Below are positions 8,416 through 16,813 of a DNA stretch of 49,268 bases, in pieces. The first letter of the stretch is position 1. Every line of letters starts with the position of its first letter. Source of the stretch: a virus. Taxonomy: Duplodnaviria > Caudoviricetes. The position numbers were made by a program, and so were the translations under genes. Where the stretch lies: positions 1 through 49,268 of IMG/VR virus record IMGVR_UViG_3300011415_000006; one strand, written 5' to 3'. The notes under the pieces were generated by a model, which worked only from the letters and a program-made list of their open reading frames with translations, was not told the origin of the DNA and did no database searches.

Positions 8416-8623
8416 ACGATGTCAGTCTGATTATGAGCAGACCGAAATGGCAGACCTTAGTACAAGTATGCTACGAGCGGAGCGTGATAGACTCTACCAT
8501 AAATGGTTTGCCAAGTTGCTCGATCACGCTCAAGGACGTACGCAAGCACCCTGGCTTGCCGGTATCCGAACGGATGATGAGCAGATACGAAAAGTTATCG
8601 GAGAAAACAATGCTTGCCTATAA
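8393..8623 (+). CDS. Hypothetical protein
   Basis: RBS AAGGAG; overlaps its neighbours. Confidence 0.6.
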   Translation: MLTPEEIERCQSDYEQTEMADLSTSMLRAERDRLYHKWFAKLLDHAQGRTQAPWLAGIRTDDEQIRKVIGENNACL

Positions 8624-8852
8624 AGATATGCCTATCTCCGTACGAAAGGCCATTAACCTTTTCTTTCGTCGTGACCCTCATCGACAGCTTGCTTACCCTT
8701 GCGGCCACGACGACATCTGCGATTACGTGAACTCGTTCCCAGAAGTTGCAGGCAAGAAAGACCCTCGATGCAAGGGGTGCGATTCACACATTGATCTTGA
8801 ACGATGGATTACTCGGAGAGCGTTTTACCAAGCTAGAGAGGGCTCAATATGA
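8610..8852 (+). CDS. Small Cys-containing hypothetical protein
   Basis: RBS GGAG; PCGH...C...CKGC; stop TGA lies inside a palindrome copy. Confidence 0.6.
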   Translation: MLAYKDMPISVRKAINLFFRRDPHRQLAYPCGHDDICDYVNSFPEVAGKKDPRCKGCDSHIDLERWITRRAFYQAREGSI

Positions 8853-8871
8853 ACCCTATTGATTCCAGGAG

Positions 8872-9081
8872 AAAAAACTTGACAAAACAGAAGAAATGTG
8901 CTAGGCGGCCGGCCGCGAATGTGCGTATCCGACAGGCTTTTACCGCAGTTCCAAATCCACTTTGGTTCTTCGGTAAACGGGGTCAAAATGAGGGTGCGAG
9001 GGGTAGCAGGGGTCAAAATAGGGCTCATTTACCGCAGATCCAAATTCGCCTAGCATACTTTCAAACATTTGTCAAGTTTTT
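8872..9081. other. Inverted-repeat-bounded non-coding element, putative replication origin
   Basis: Terminal IR AAAAACTTGACAAA-N-TGCTAGGCG at both ends; internal direct repeats TTTACCGCAG(T/A)TCCAAAT x2 and GGGGTCAAAAT x2; adjacent to ssb. Confidence 0.5.
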
Positions 9082-9152
9082 CATTATCGAACAAGGGTAG
9101 GGCTCATTTTGAGCTCTAAGGTGACCAACAACAGCAGAAAAAAGGAGAGTTT

Positions 9153-9590
9153 ATGTCATTCAATAAAATAGTCATTGTCGGTAATTTGGGTAAAGACCCT
9201 GAACTCCGATACACACCCGCAGGTGATGCCGTCTGTAATTTATCTCTCGCCACCAACGAGAAGCGAAAAGATAAAGAAGGCAACTACAACGATGTCACCA
9301 CTTGGTTCAAGGTTACGCTCTGGCGACGGATGGCCGAGAACGCTTCCAAGTATCTTGAGAAGGGAAATCCGGTCTTTATCGAGGGGCGGCTTCGGGTCGA
9401 AGAGTGGCAAGATCGAGACGGTAACAATCGCTGGACGCTTGAGGTCGATGGGACTGATATGCAGTTCATTGCCCCAGGGTCGAAGCGTGAGGATAGGGAC
9501 GAATACGCGGGACAGCAAGCGGCCACCGGAGGAGGGCCGCAAGGTGGGTTTCAGCGTCCAGCATCTACTGACGACGACATCCCGTTCTAA
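9153..9590 (+). CDS. ssb: Single-stranded DNA-binding protein
   Basis: NKIVIVGNLGKDPELRYT...TTWFKV...VFIEGRL; acidic tip DDDIPF. Confidence 0.97.
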   Translation: MSFNKIVIVGNLGKDPELRYTPAGDAVCNLSLATNEKRKDKEGNYNDVTTWFKVTLWRRMAENASKYLEKGNPVFIEGRLRVEEWQDRDGNNRWTLEVDGTDMQFIAPGSKREDRDEYAGQQAATGGGPQGGFQRPASTDDDIPF

Positions 9591-9619
9591 GGCCTATCGA
9601 AAGCTAAAGGCCATCAAAG

Positions 9620-9649
9620 TTGACAAATTGCCCACACCTGTGCTATGAT
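9620..9649 (+). promoter_or_regulatory. sigma70 promoter with no downstream ORF
   Basis: TTGACA-18-TATGAT with TG extension. Confidence 0.65.
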
Positions 9650-9651
9650 GC

Positions 9652-9779
9652 GTTTGAGAGTGTAGGTCAACAGAAGTCACCTGCTTTCAATGCTTGGGCA
9701 GACGACTATCCTCTAGCCCTACACTCTTAAACATTGTTGCCGCCTATCCTTCTAAACCTCAGGATAGGCGGCCTTTTTG
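9652..9779 (+). ncRNA. Candidate ~125-nt structured ncRNA
   Basis: 15-bp closing stem 9652-9666/9718-9732, internal stem, then terminator 9739-9778; promoter upstream. Confidence 0.6.
9739..9778 (+). terminator. Intrinsic terminator
   Basis: GCCGCCTATCCT-loop-AGGATAGGCGGC-CTTTTT. Confidence 0.8.
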
Positions 9780-9797
9780 TAGGGTTCAGAATGAGCT

Positions 9798-10442
9798 CTA
9801 AAGGAACACGCGATACCAACCGCTAAACAATCCCTTCATCACGTCGAACGCCTCCGAGAACGTTACGCCATAGTACCTGAAATCAGCCTCTAAATCTTGG
9901 CGGACCAAAAATGGCTGAGTGAAGAGATGAAACTTCCGGCCGGCCTCATAACTAGCAAAATACCTACCCCTATCGCTATTCCTAATAATCAGGCCTCGAT
10001 GCCCGAACAGGTCAACGTCAATTCGGCCATAGAACTTACCGGTGTAGAGACTAGCTATCTTGCCATCGTTTAGAATTAATGGCGGCGTCAAGTATTTTGG
10101 GATTGTGTCGAGCCGGTTGAGTTGCTCGATGATAGGGTCTGAAATTTGTAGTTTTTTATATTCCTCACGCGGTTCCTCGCCGGCTTCCCAAAGAGTATTT
10201 GTAAATATCTCATCGAACTTTACGGCTGTTTGCAAGTGTCGCCATTGGTGGCGAACGTGGTTAGCTAACATCTGACTGTGTGGAGCAAACTGTAACAAAG
10301 GAATGAGATCGAGGTCGTCCTTTGCTTTTAGACGGGCTATCCACCACAGGCAGTAGTGATGTATCTCTTCCTTGAAGTTAAATAAGGGGTCAAGTTGAGC
10401 CCTTTCTGGTTTGGAGAAGCCTTCGATGAGTAATAGTTTCAT
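9798..10442 (-). CDS. Hypothetical protein (weak resemblance to the N-terminal half of TnpB)
   Basis: 214-aa counter-oriented ORF with its own consensus promoter; stop supplied by the palindrome. Confidence 0.7.
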   Translation of the reverse strand: MKLLLIEGFSKPERAQLDPLFNFKEEIHHYCLWWIARLKAKDDLDLIPLLQFAPHSQMLANHVRHQWRHLQTAVKFDEIFTNTLWEAGEEPREEYKKLQISDPIIEQLNRLDTIPKYLTPPLILNDGKIASLYTGKFYGRIDVDLFGHRGLIIRNSDRGRYFASYEAGRKFHLFTQPFLVRQDLEADFRYYGVTFSEAFDVMKGLFSGWYRVFL

Positions 10443-10459
10443 ATGTGATTTATAATACC

Positions 10460-10488
10460 ATTATACACTATTTCCTGCAAAATGTCAA
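10460..10488 (-). promoter_or_regulatory. sigma70 consensus promoter
   Basis: TTGACA-17-TATAAT on the minus strand. Confidence 0.85.
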
Positions 10489-10504
10489 GAAATCCCTCAA
10501 AAAC

Positions 10505-10533
10505 TTGACAAATTACTTTTAATATGTTATAAT
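10505..10533 (+). promoter_or_regulatory. sigma70 consensus promoter, divergent from the previous one
   Basis: TTGACA-17-TATAAT with TG extension. Confidence 0.85.
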
Positions 10534-10598
10534 AGGGTTAATGACTTGAACTTTAGTCAGATTTTAGATAGGGGCCAGAATGAGCCCTACCAAATAAA

Positions 10599-11207
10599 AT
10601 GGAGATTAATTTAGTACCGCAGAGTAAGAGCTTCAAGGAGTTCTTAGAACATAATCTCTTCTGGAACACCGATAGCGAGAAGGTCGTACTCGCTGGTGGT
10701 GCTCCACGTCACTTTTTTACAGGCGAAGAGCCTAACGACTTCGACTTGTTCATCGTCGGCGAAGAGCCGACCCCTTGGGATAATGAAGGGCAATTTAAGG
10801 AACGATATGTTTCACACCTTGACCAGACTTTCAAGAACATCTTCAAGTGCCCTCAGGGTTTGCTGAATACCTACAAGACGCCGTTCGGCAAGGTACAGCT
10901 GGTCACACCAGCTGTCTATCCGACCGTTGAATCTCTACGAAGCACCTTTGATATTTCAGCCTGTTGCTTCGTGTACGAGGCTCCGTTTGGTGTCCCAAAA
11001 CTGCACACCGACCCCGAAGCCGTGGCAGACCTTGAAACAAAGACCGTTCACCTGCGTAAGGTCACGTACCCGCTGGCGACGATGTACCGGCTCTTTAAGT
11101 ATAAAGGGTATGGATATAATATCCTTGAGGCTTCCAAAGAACTTGTTCGTCTCATTAGTACGGAAGAGTTTCCAGAAGAGAACCTGTATCAGCGTTACAT
11201 AGATTGA
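10599..11207 (+). CDS. Pol-beta superfamily nucleotidyltransferase (CCA/poly(A)-polymerase-head-like)
   Basis: VVLAGGAPR...PNDFDLF (GG + DxD) and FDISAC motif. Confidence 0.8.
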   Translation: MEINLVPQSKSFKEFLEHNLFWNTDSEKVVLAGGAPRHFFTGEEPNDFDLFIVGEEPTPWDNEGQFKERYVSHLDQTFKNIFKCPQGLLNTYKTPFGKVQLVTPAVYPTVESLRSTFDISACCFVYEAPFGVPKLHTDPEAVADLETKTVHLRKVTYPLATMYRLFKYKGYGYNILEASKELVRLISTEEFPEENLYQRYID

Positions 11208-11235
11208 TAGGGTGCAAGTTGAGCCCTATCATTAG

Positions 11236-11280
11236 AAGGGTGGGTGGATACTTTTCTCATTCTCTCCACCCGCCCTTTTT
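11236..11280 (+). terminator. Intrinsic terminator
   Basis: AAGGGTGGGTGGA...TCCACCCGCCC-TTTTT. Confidence 0.65.
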
Positions 11281-11487
11281 ATGCCGAAGCGAAAGAAGAA
11301 GTGGACGTGGGACGAAATCTTTAGGCTTACAGCAAAGCCGGAGCCCTACTTCAAGGACGTTCGTCGAGGCAAGCTGACCCACACTATCGAATGTCTCGGT
11401 GACTCCGTGCATAGAATCAAGAAAGTTTATTATGATGATGGAGCAACCGAGACAATAGAGCACATAGGAAACATTAGAATAAAATAG
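11281..11487 (+). CDS. Small basic hypothetical protein
   Basis: 68-aa ORF filling the gap; no clear RBS. Confidence 0.5.
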   Translation: MPKRKKKWTWDEIFRLTAKPEPYFKDVRRGKLTHTIECLGDSVHRIKKVYYDDGATETIEHIGNIRIK

Positions 11488-11496
11488 AGGAGCGTT

Positions 11497-12585
11497 ATGC
11501 CAGAGAAAAAGAAACTAGAAGTTAAAGCATTAGACCTCGGTAAGAAAGAGGTGGAAGATAGGGCTCAAGATGAGCCCTTGAACAAGTCCGAAGCTAATAT
11601 GACGGGCATCATTTCCAAGCGTCCACCAATGTCGGTTCCAGTTACCGGCCTCGATGGGAACGACAACGACGATCATTATCGTATGACTGATGAGTCCTAC
11701 GAATCGGAAAGCGATTTTCAATTCAAAGGGCTTATCTTTAAGCGGATGGTTGACGTGATGAAAGACGTGGATGCTATCGTTAAGACCAAGCAAAAGGATA
11801 GCGGAGTACCGTATGCCTTTCGTTCTATCGAGGACATAATGAATGCCCTGCATCCTATCTTAACCAAACACGAAGTGTTTATCATTCCGGTCGGTGCGTG
11901 GACTGAGAATCTTGTTCATCCACGACAGAATAAGGGCCCAGCTTTCCAGTGTATCTATAAGTCAGCTTACCGGTTCTATACGATTGACGGTAGCTACGTG
12001 GAAGGGCATATGGTGGCCGAGTCGATCGATTATTCAGATAAGGCGACGCAACAGGCGTCGTCGTACTGCTACAAAAAGGTTATTGAGCAAGCGTTTTGTA
12101 TTCCGACACGCGACCTCATAAGCGATGGTGACGACAAGTTGCCGGACAGGACAGACGAAGGGCAACAGGCAAAGTTAGACGCATCAAGAGAACGGCTAAA
12201 GAATCTGCCGAGTCCGAACAAGCTACCCCCGCACGGCTCACCGATGTACGACCCGATGAAGCCAGAGGATTGGGACGCTGTGAAAGCGTGGTTCAAACCC
12301 TTCGTACCTTTAGGTTTTAATAAGGATTCGTTCCATCACTGGACTATCAAGACGCTACGGGCAAACAATCTGGACGTACCGCCTAAGCTGGCAGACCTGC
12401 CTCGCACGTCGGGACTTGTCCTTAACGAGATTGCTCAGTACTGTTATAACATTGGTTCAACCGTCCACACGTTGACGCAGGAGAAGGATGAAGGTGAATA
12501 CATTATTTTGACGGAGATTTCAACAGCTTCCGAACCGGTGCCGGAATCAGCACCCGAGAACTTGGGCACTGATGGTGCACTTTGA
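11497..12585 (+). CDS. erf: ERF-family single-strand annealing protein
   Basis: YAFRSIEDIMNALHPIL...DKATQQASSYCYK...AFCIPT...DGD. Confidence 0.85.
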   Translation: MPEKKKLEVKALDLGKKEVEDRAQDEPLNKSEANMTGIISKRPPMSVPVTGLDGNDNDDHYRMTDESYESESDFQFKGLIFKRMVDVMKDVDAIVKTKQKDSGVPYAFRSIEDIMNALHPILTKHEVFIIPVGAWTENLVHPRQNKGPAFQCIYKSAYRFYTIDGSYVEGHMVAESIDYSDKATQQASSYCYKKVIEQAFCIPTRDLISDGDDKLPDRTDEGQQAKLDASRERLKNLPSPNKLPPHGSPMYDPMKPEDWDAVKAWFKPFVPLGFNKDSFHHWTIKTLRANNLDVPPKLADLPRTSGLVLNEIAQYCYNIGSTVHTLTQEKDEGEYIILTEISTASEPVPESAPENLGTDGAL

Positions 12586-12658
12586 TAGGGTGCATATTGA
12601 GCCCTTGTGGGGGCGGTAAGGCTTGGGGAGAAAGTCCGGAGCCGCCCCCAATAATAAT

Positions 12659-13111
12659 ATGCATAATAAAAAAGACTTTACATTGCTGGCGGTACATATC
12701 AGGCACCAGTACTTTCTTAAGGATACCGGAAAGGCGTATTGCTTTTTATTATGGAATAAGCGTTTTGTGAACTTTCCCAAATCTATTATAAAAGATTATC
12801 AGCACGACAAAGAAAAGCATTTACATTTATTCAAAGTACCACTGTGGCATATTATTCAGAACCGTCTTGATTCTATCGTTGACGACGATTATAAAGAACT
12901 GTTACCGACAAATGAAAAGAAGCGTAGCCGCAGACCAAAGGATACATTGACACCTGATATGTTTGCGGAACTAACTGCCGAGCCAAGCCCGACGAAAAAT
13001 AATCTGGTCATAGCAGTCCAACGACAGGCCGAAATGGAAGAGCAAGGTAAGCAGAATATAGATACAGCTATTGAATTGATTGACGGACTTGACGACGAGA
13101 TTCCTTGGTGA
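12659..13111 (+). CDS. Hypothetical protein with SSB-like acidic tip
   Basis: DTGKAY motif; ends DDEIPW; start uncertain. Confidence 0.65.
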   Translation: MHNKKDFTLLAVHIRHQYFLKDTGKAYCFLLWNKRFVNFPKSIIKDYQHDKEKHLHLFKVPLWHIIQNRLDSIVDDDYKELLPTNEKKRSRRPKDTLTPDMFAELTAEPSPTKNNLVIAVQRQAEMEEQGKQNIDTAIELIDGLDDEIPW

Positions 13112-13112
13112 T

Positions 13113-13748
13113 ATGATGAGCGAAAAAATTCCGTGGGCAGACATACATAAGCTAATGCAGGAACAGTACGCACATATCTCGCGGCGTAACCTGTTCTATG
13201 ACACGGAACTAAGGAATGATGTAATAACGATGGAGGCTACCCGCTTACTGCAAGCGATGGTTCATTATCGTAACCATATCATCGACCAACCTCGCTTCCT
13301 TATTAAGTTGTACAAATATTTTACCGTTCTTCGGGATGAAACGGAGAAGGCACGGATTGAATGGCTAAGTCAACACGTTACGGTACATCATCCAGACCCT
13401 TTTACCATCGACTGCGTGAAAATTCCGACGAGAGAACTAGATTACATTAATGAAAGATGGAGAAGCTGGGCGTATAGGGATGGGGAGAGTGGTTATGTCG
13501 TTGAACTGGACAACAACGTTGACGAGTATTTCGCCGACCTGCCTATGCCGTCGCGTAAAATCTCAGACCCGATGTATAAAATGCCGTGGGGTAAGCACGA
13601 GGGATTTACTATCGGAGCGATTATGAGTTTCGCTCCCCGCTATCTTATCTGGGCACACAATAATACCGATAGATTCAAATTATCAGAGCAATTATTAAGG
13701 GACGTGCAAGGGGCGGTGAATAAAGATAGGGCTCAAGATGAGCTCTAA
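13113..13748 (+). CDS. Hypothetical protein with C-terminal DUF3820/QSregVF_b-like domain
   Basis: MPWGKHEG...PRYLIW motif. Confidence 0.7.
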   Translation: MMSEKIPWADIHKLMQEQYAHISRRNLFYDTELRNDVITMEATRLLQAMVHYRNHIIDQPRFLIKLYKYFTVLRDETEKARIEWLSQHVTVHHPDPFTIDCVKIPTRELDYINERWRSWAYRDGESGYVVELDNNVDEYFADLPMPSRKISDPMYKMPWGKHEGFTIGAIMSFAPRYLIWAHNNTDRFKLSEQLLRDVQGAVNKDRAQDEL

Positions 13749-13763
13749 TAAAAGGAGAATGAT

Positions 13764-14258
13764 ATGAGAATAGTCAGAGACATTATGGACAGTCTCCAAG
13801 AGATAGCCGCGAGAAACGGTGAACTCTCTGAGGAGCAGAAGAAAAATCTTAAGGATGCTGTAAATATCCTTGGTTGCCTTGAGGAACACGAATTGCTTGA
13901 AGCTCGGATGGAAGTTGTCGGGGCCATATATAGCTACTACGTTGGTTCTCGTTCAGTAGGTCACACCAGAGTATTACGGCAAGGGATTGAAGAAGCCAAT
14001 AAACCTCTCGACTCAAACGATTTTAAGACCAAATTGTTCGTTGTTGTCAGTAGTCAGAAAGAGGCTCAGAATTTCCCTGGCTTCAACGTTTGTACACTGG
14101 ATGATTTTAAGGCAGGACATATGCGGGGTAAGATGGCTCCACTTGCTTGGGACAATCACGCTATCATTCGACTGGTATCAATGCTATCAGTCGTGCAGGG
14201 TACGTTCCGACGCGTAAGGCATATCGTCGAAGAAACTACGGCTAACAATGGTGGTTAA
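13764..14258 (+). CDS. Hypothetical protein (possible degenerate P-loop fold)
   Basis: RBS AAGGAG; SRSVGHT...LAWDNH. Confidence 0.7.
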   Translation: MRIVRDIMDSLQEIAARNGELSEEQKKNLKDAVNILGCLEEHELLEARMEVVGAIYSYYVGSRSVGHTRVLRQGIEEANKPLDSNDFKTKLFVVVSSQKEAQNFPGFNVCTLDDFKAGHMRGKMAPLAWDNHAIIRLVSMLSVVQGTFRRVRHIVEETTANNGG

Positions 14259-14865
14259 TATCTATCGCGTAACCGGTGGGGGTGACCCTCGCCGTGTTAA
14301 AGTCAAGGAGTTCATAGAGTACGGAGTTCACGTCTATGAGTTAACGAAGGAAGTTAACTCCGTACTCTACGTCACCAAAGACGGAAAGAGTTCTATTCTT
14401 AACAAGAAGAAAGACGTAGAGACTGCGAACACGCTCTTTGTTTCCAGCCTAAAGGAAGCGTTCGACGAAGTGTTTCGCAAAATCCATACGGCCATTGATG
14501 ATGTCAATGATACCGTTCGTGAGATACTGCTGTGGCGGCCAGATAATCCAGACGTGGAATTATTATACCGCGTCAAGTTTCGCAAAGAACGCTTTAGTCT
14601 TGCTGGCTTTCTTGTTACTGGGCGTACCAAGAACGCTGTCAAGATTGATGCCCGTGGTCGGAAATACGTTTACAGGCAACATCTGGCCGGACTCGGTCAA
14701 CCGCACGACCCCTTGATACCTTTTGAGGACTGGATGGATACAGACTTACGAAGGCTTAAGGATAGCGTGTTAACCTATGCCACAGCTAGAATGGATTATC
14801 TCTACGAACGCCTTGACCAGTTGGAGCGACAGTATGACGAACTCAAACGAAAGGGATTTAAGTAA
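14248..14865 (+). CDS. Hypothetical protein
   Basis: 205-aa ORF overlapping the upstream stop. Confidence 0.7.
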   Translation: MVVNIYRVTGGGDPRRVKVKEFIEYGVHVYELTKEVNSVLYVTKDGKSSILNKKKDVETANTLFVSSLKEAFDEVFRKIHTAIDDVNDTVREILLWRPDNPDVELLYRVKFRKERFSLAGFLVTGRTKNAVKIDARGRKYVYRQHLAGLGQPHDPLIPFEDWMDTDLRRLKDSVLTYATARMDYLYERLDQLERQYDELKRKGFK

Positions 14866-15097
14866 CCTCAAACCAAGAGAGGTTTACGAGATATTAAAGA
14901 ACGCCCGCGAGTACGTATTGAAACAAGAGGGGATGGGTACAGCATCGTTTCTATTAGCGAGTCTGCTACTTAAATCAACACAAGGGGTAGGGCTCAAAAT
15001 GAGCTTTACCGATAAGGCTATAGGAAAACTGCTTGATGTTATGGCACAGTTAGTAAATAAAGGAGAGAAGAATGAGCGAAACAACAACAACAATTGA
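14777..15097 (+). CDS. Small hypothetical protein (true start probably further downstream)
   Basis: Fills the gap 14865-15072; contains a palindrome copy. Confidence 0.45.
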   Translation: MPQLEWIISTNALTSWSDSMTNSNERDLSNLKPREVYEILKNAREYVLKQEGMGTASFLLASLLLKSTQGVGLKMSFTDKAIGKLLDVMAQLVNKGEKNERNNNNN

Positions 15098-15605
15098 TAC
15101 ACGGTCTAGGCTTCGACAGATTTATTCGTTGAAGCACGACTTAATCGCAGAGCGGACAAGTCTTACGCAATTGCAGGAAGAAATTGCTCCCGCAGTACAG
15201 CGTAGAGACGAAATGATTGAGGCAATCACTCAGAAGTTTGAGGAAGAGAACCGCGATAAGCTAGATAGAATAAACAGGCTTACCGAAACCATTGACGACC
15301 ACGACGCCAAGATACGGATGCTTGCGGTTGACGAGTATTATCAGAGAGAGGAGCCGGACAACAAGCGAATTGTGGATGGCCTCGGAGTACAAGTAAGAAC
15401 CCTGTACTCGCTGACTGTCAACCCTGACGATAAGTTTCTCAAGAAGTATGTCGAAGAGAACTATCCGAAACTTCTTATCGTGGACGAGAAGCGATACCTC
15501 AAGCAATACAAGCTAGACAACGATATGCCGAGCGTTCACGTAGAAACGAACGTGTCCGCGGTCATTAAGAGCAACTTCTGGGAATCGGATGGGGAGGTAG
15601 TGTAG
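15072..15605 (+). CDS. Coiled-coil protein, Gam/Gp157-like
   Basis: Long N-terminal helical segment then GLGVQVRT...LLIVDEKRY; strong RBS. Confidence 0.55.
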   Translation: MSETTTTIDTRSRLRQIYSLKHDLIAERTSLTQLQEEIAPAVQRRDEMIEAITQKFEEENRDKLDRINRLTETIDDHDAKIRMLAVDEYYQREEPDNKRIVDGLGVQVRTLYSLTVNPDDKFLKKYVEENYPKLLIVDEKRYLKQYKLDNDMPSVHVETNVSAVIKSNFWESDGEVV

Positions 15606-15614
15606 GGAGGTAGT

Positions 15615-15914
15615 ATGGACGTAGATGAATTGGTACGGCTGTTGCTTAGCAACGGCTTGAGTTATCCTGATTTCATTACACAGATACATAGGACGGGGGC
15701 AACTATCGAGGTTACGTGCGAGTTCTGCGGGAAACAATATATGTTTGAGCCGCAGGAGTATCTAGGTAAAGATCATTGTGGGTGCATCCGAATGGTTGTA
15801 ACGCAAATGAATGGTCAACCTGTGCTAGTTCGTTGCCCTGATATAATGTCCTTGAATTTTTTTAGCTTTGTAACGTGGTGGAAATCACTTAACTACCTAG
15901 GTGTTAGTAATTAG
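15615..15914 (+). CDS. Hypothetical Cys-motif protein
   Basis: RBS GGAGG; CEFCG...HCGC; stop TAG is the start of a palindrome copy. Confidence 0.7.
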   Translation: MDVDELVRLLLSNGLSYPDFITQIHRTGATIEVTCEFCGKQYMFEPQEYLGKDHCGCIRMVVTQMNGQPVLVRCPDIMSLNFFSFVTWWKSLNYLGVSN

Positions 15915-15968
15915 GGCTCACAATGAGCCCTATAATCAGTGCTAGTAGACAACAACAAGGAGAAACAA

Positions 15969-16811
15969 ATGCCAAATACGAAAGTAATTGATTTATCAGA
16001 TGACAACATCATTCCCGAGAGCCTCGTGGAGGCTCGAAACGCAGGGGTCGTCGGAATGATTCATAAGGCCACCGAGGGGACGGACTTGGTATCCGAGAAG
16101 GCCGACAATCGCATCTACCTAGCCAAAGAAGCGGGGATGCTTATCGGACTCTACCACACCCTGACTCCCGATGCCGCTCGGTCGCAGGTCAGTTTCTTCG
16201 CCGACACCGCAGACGAATTAGGTCTGGAAGATAACTGGCTTCTGGCCGTGCAGTATGACGACCCCGCAGTTCCGGCTCAGGTTCTGCTGGAGTTTCTAAA
16301 GGACTTGGAAAAGGAGACTCGCCGTAAGCCAGTGCTTTATGCTGGCCCAGGCCTCCTAAATCGGCTGGCAGAACTGGAACCATCCGCAAAGCAGTATCCG
16401 CTTTGGCTTGCTCAATACGATTCGGTAGCAAATGTGCCGACCGCGTGGGGCAAGTACTTCCTCTGGCAGTTCACGGACGGCGAGAACGGTGAGGTTCAGG
16501 AGGTTCCTGGGGTTGACCCGCCGGTCGCTTGTAGTGATTATCTTGGTGACGAAGAACAACTCGCCAACCATTGGTCACATTACAAAGGGAACGTTGACGA
16601 CGAGCTGCCCGAAGCGGCCGCACCTTCCGAGCCAGGTGAACCGGAGTCGGGCACGGCACCGGTGGAAACGCCGGAAGGGGAGCTAGAACACGGTACACCG
16701 GAAGCCCCTCCACCAACCGATGGGCACGAAGGTGAGGCAGACCCACCGCCATCGTCACAGCTACCGGCAGAGCCGAAACCTCCTGGCCGTCCAGAAGCAC
16801 AGAAGAAATAG
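15969..16811 (+). CDS. GH25 lysozyme-fold protein with acidic Pro-rich tail (catalytic residues look degenerate)
   Basis: VIDLS, MIHKATEG, GLYH, PVLYAG, LWLAQY, LWQFTD motifs; the DxE position reads QYD. Confidence 0.85.
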   Translation: MPNTKVIDLSDDNIIPESLVEARNAGVVGMIHKATEGTDLVSEKADNRIYLAKEAGMLIGLYHTLTPDAARSQVSFFADTADELGLEDNWLLAVQYDDPAVPAQVLLEFLKDLEKETRRKPVLYAGPGLLNRLAELEPSAKQYPLWLAQYDSVANVPTAWGKYFLWQFTDGENGEVQEVPGVDPPVACSDYLGDEEQLANHWSHYKGNVDDELPEAAAPSEPGEPESGTAPVETPEGELEHGTPEAPPPTDGHEGEADPPPSSQLPAEPKPPGRPEAQKK

Positions 16812-16813
16812 CT

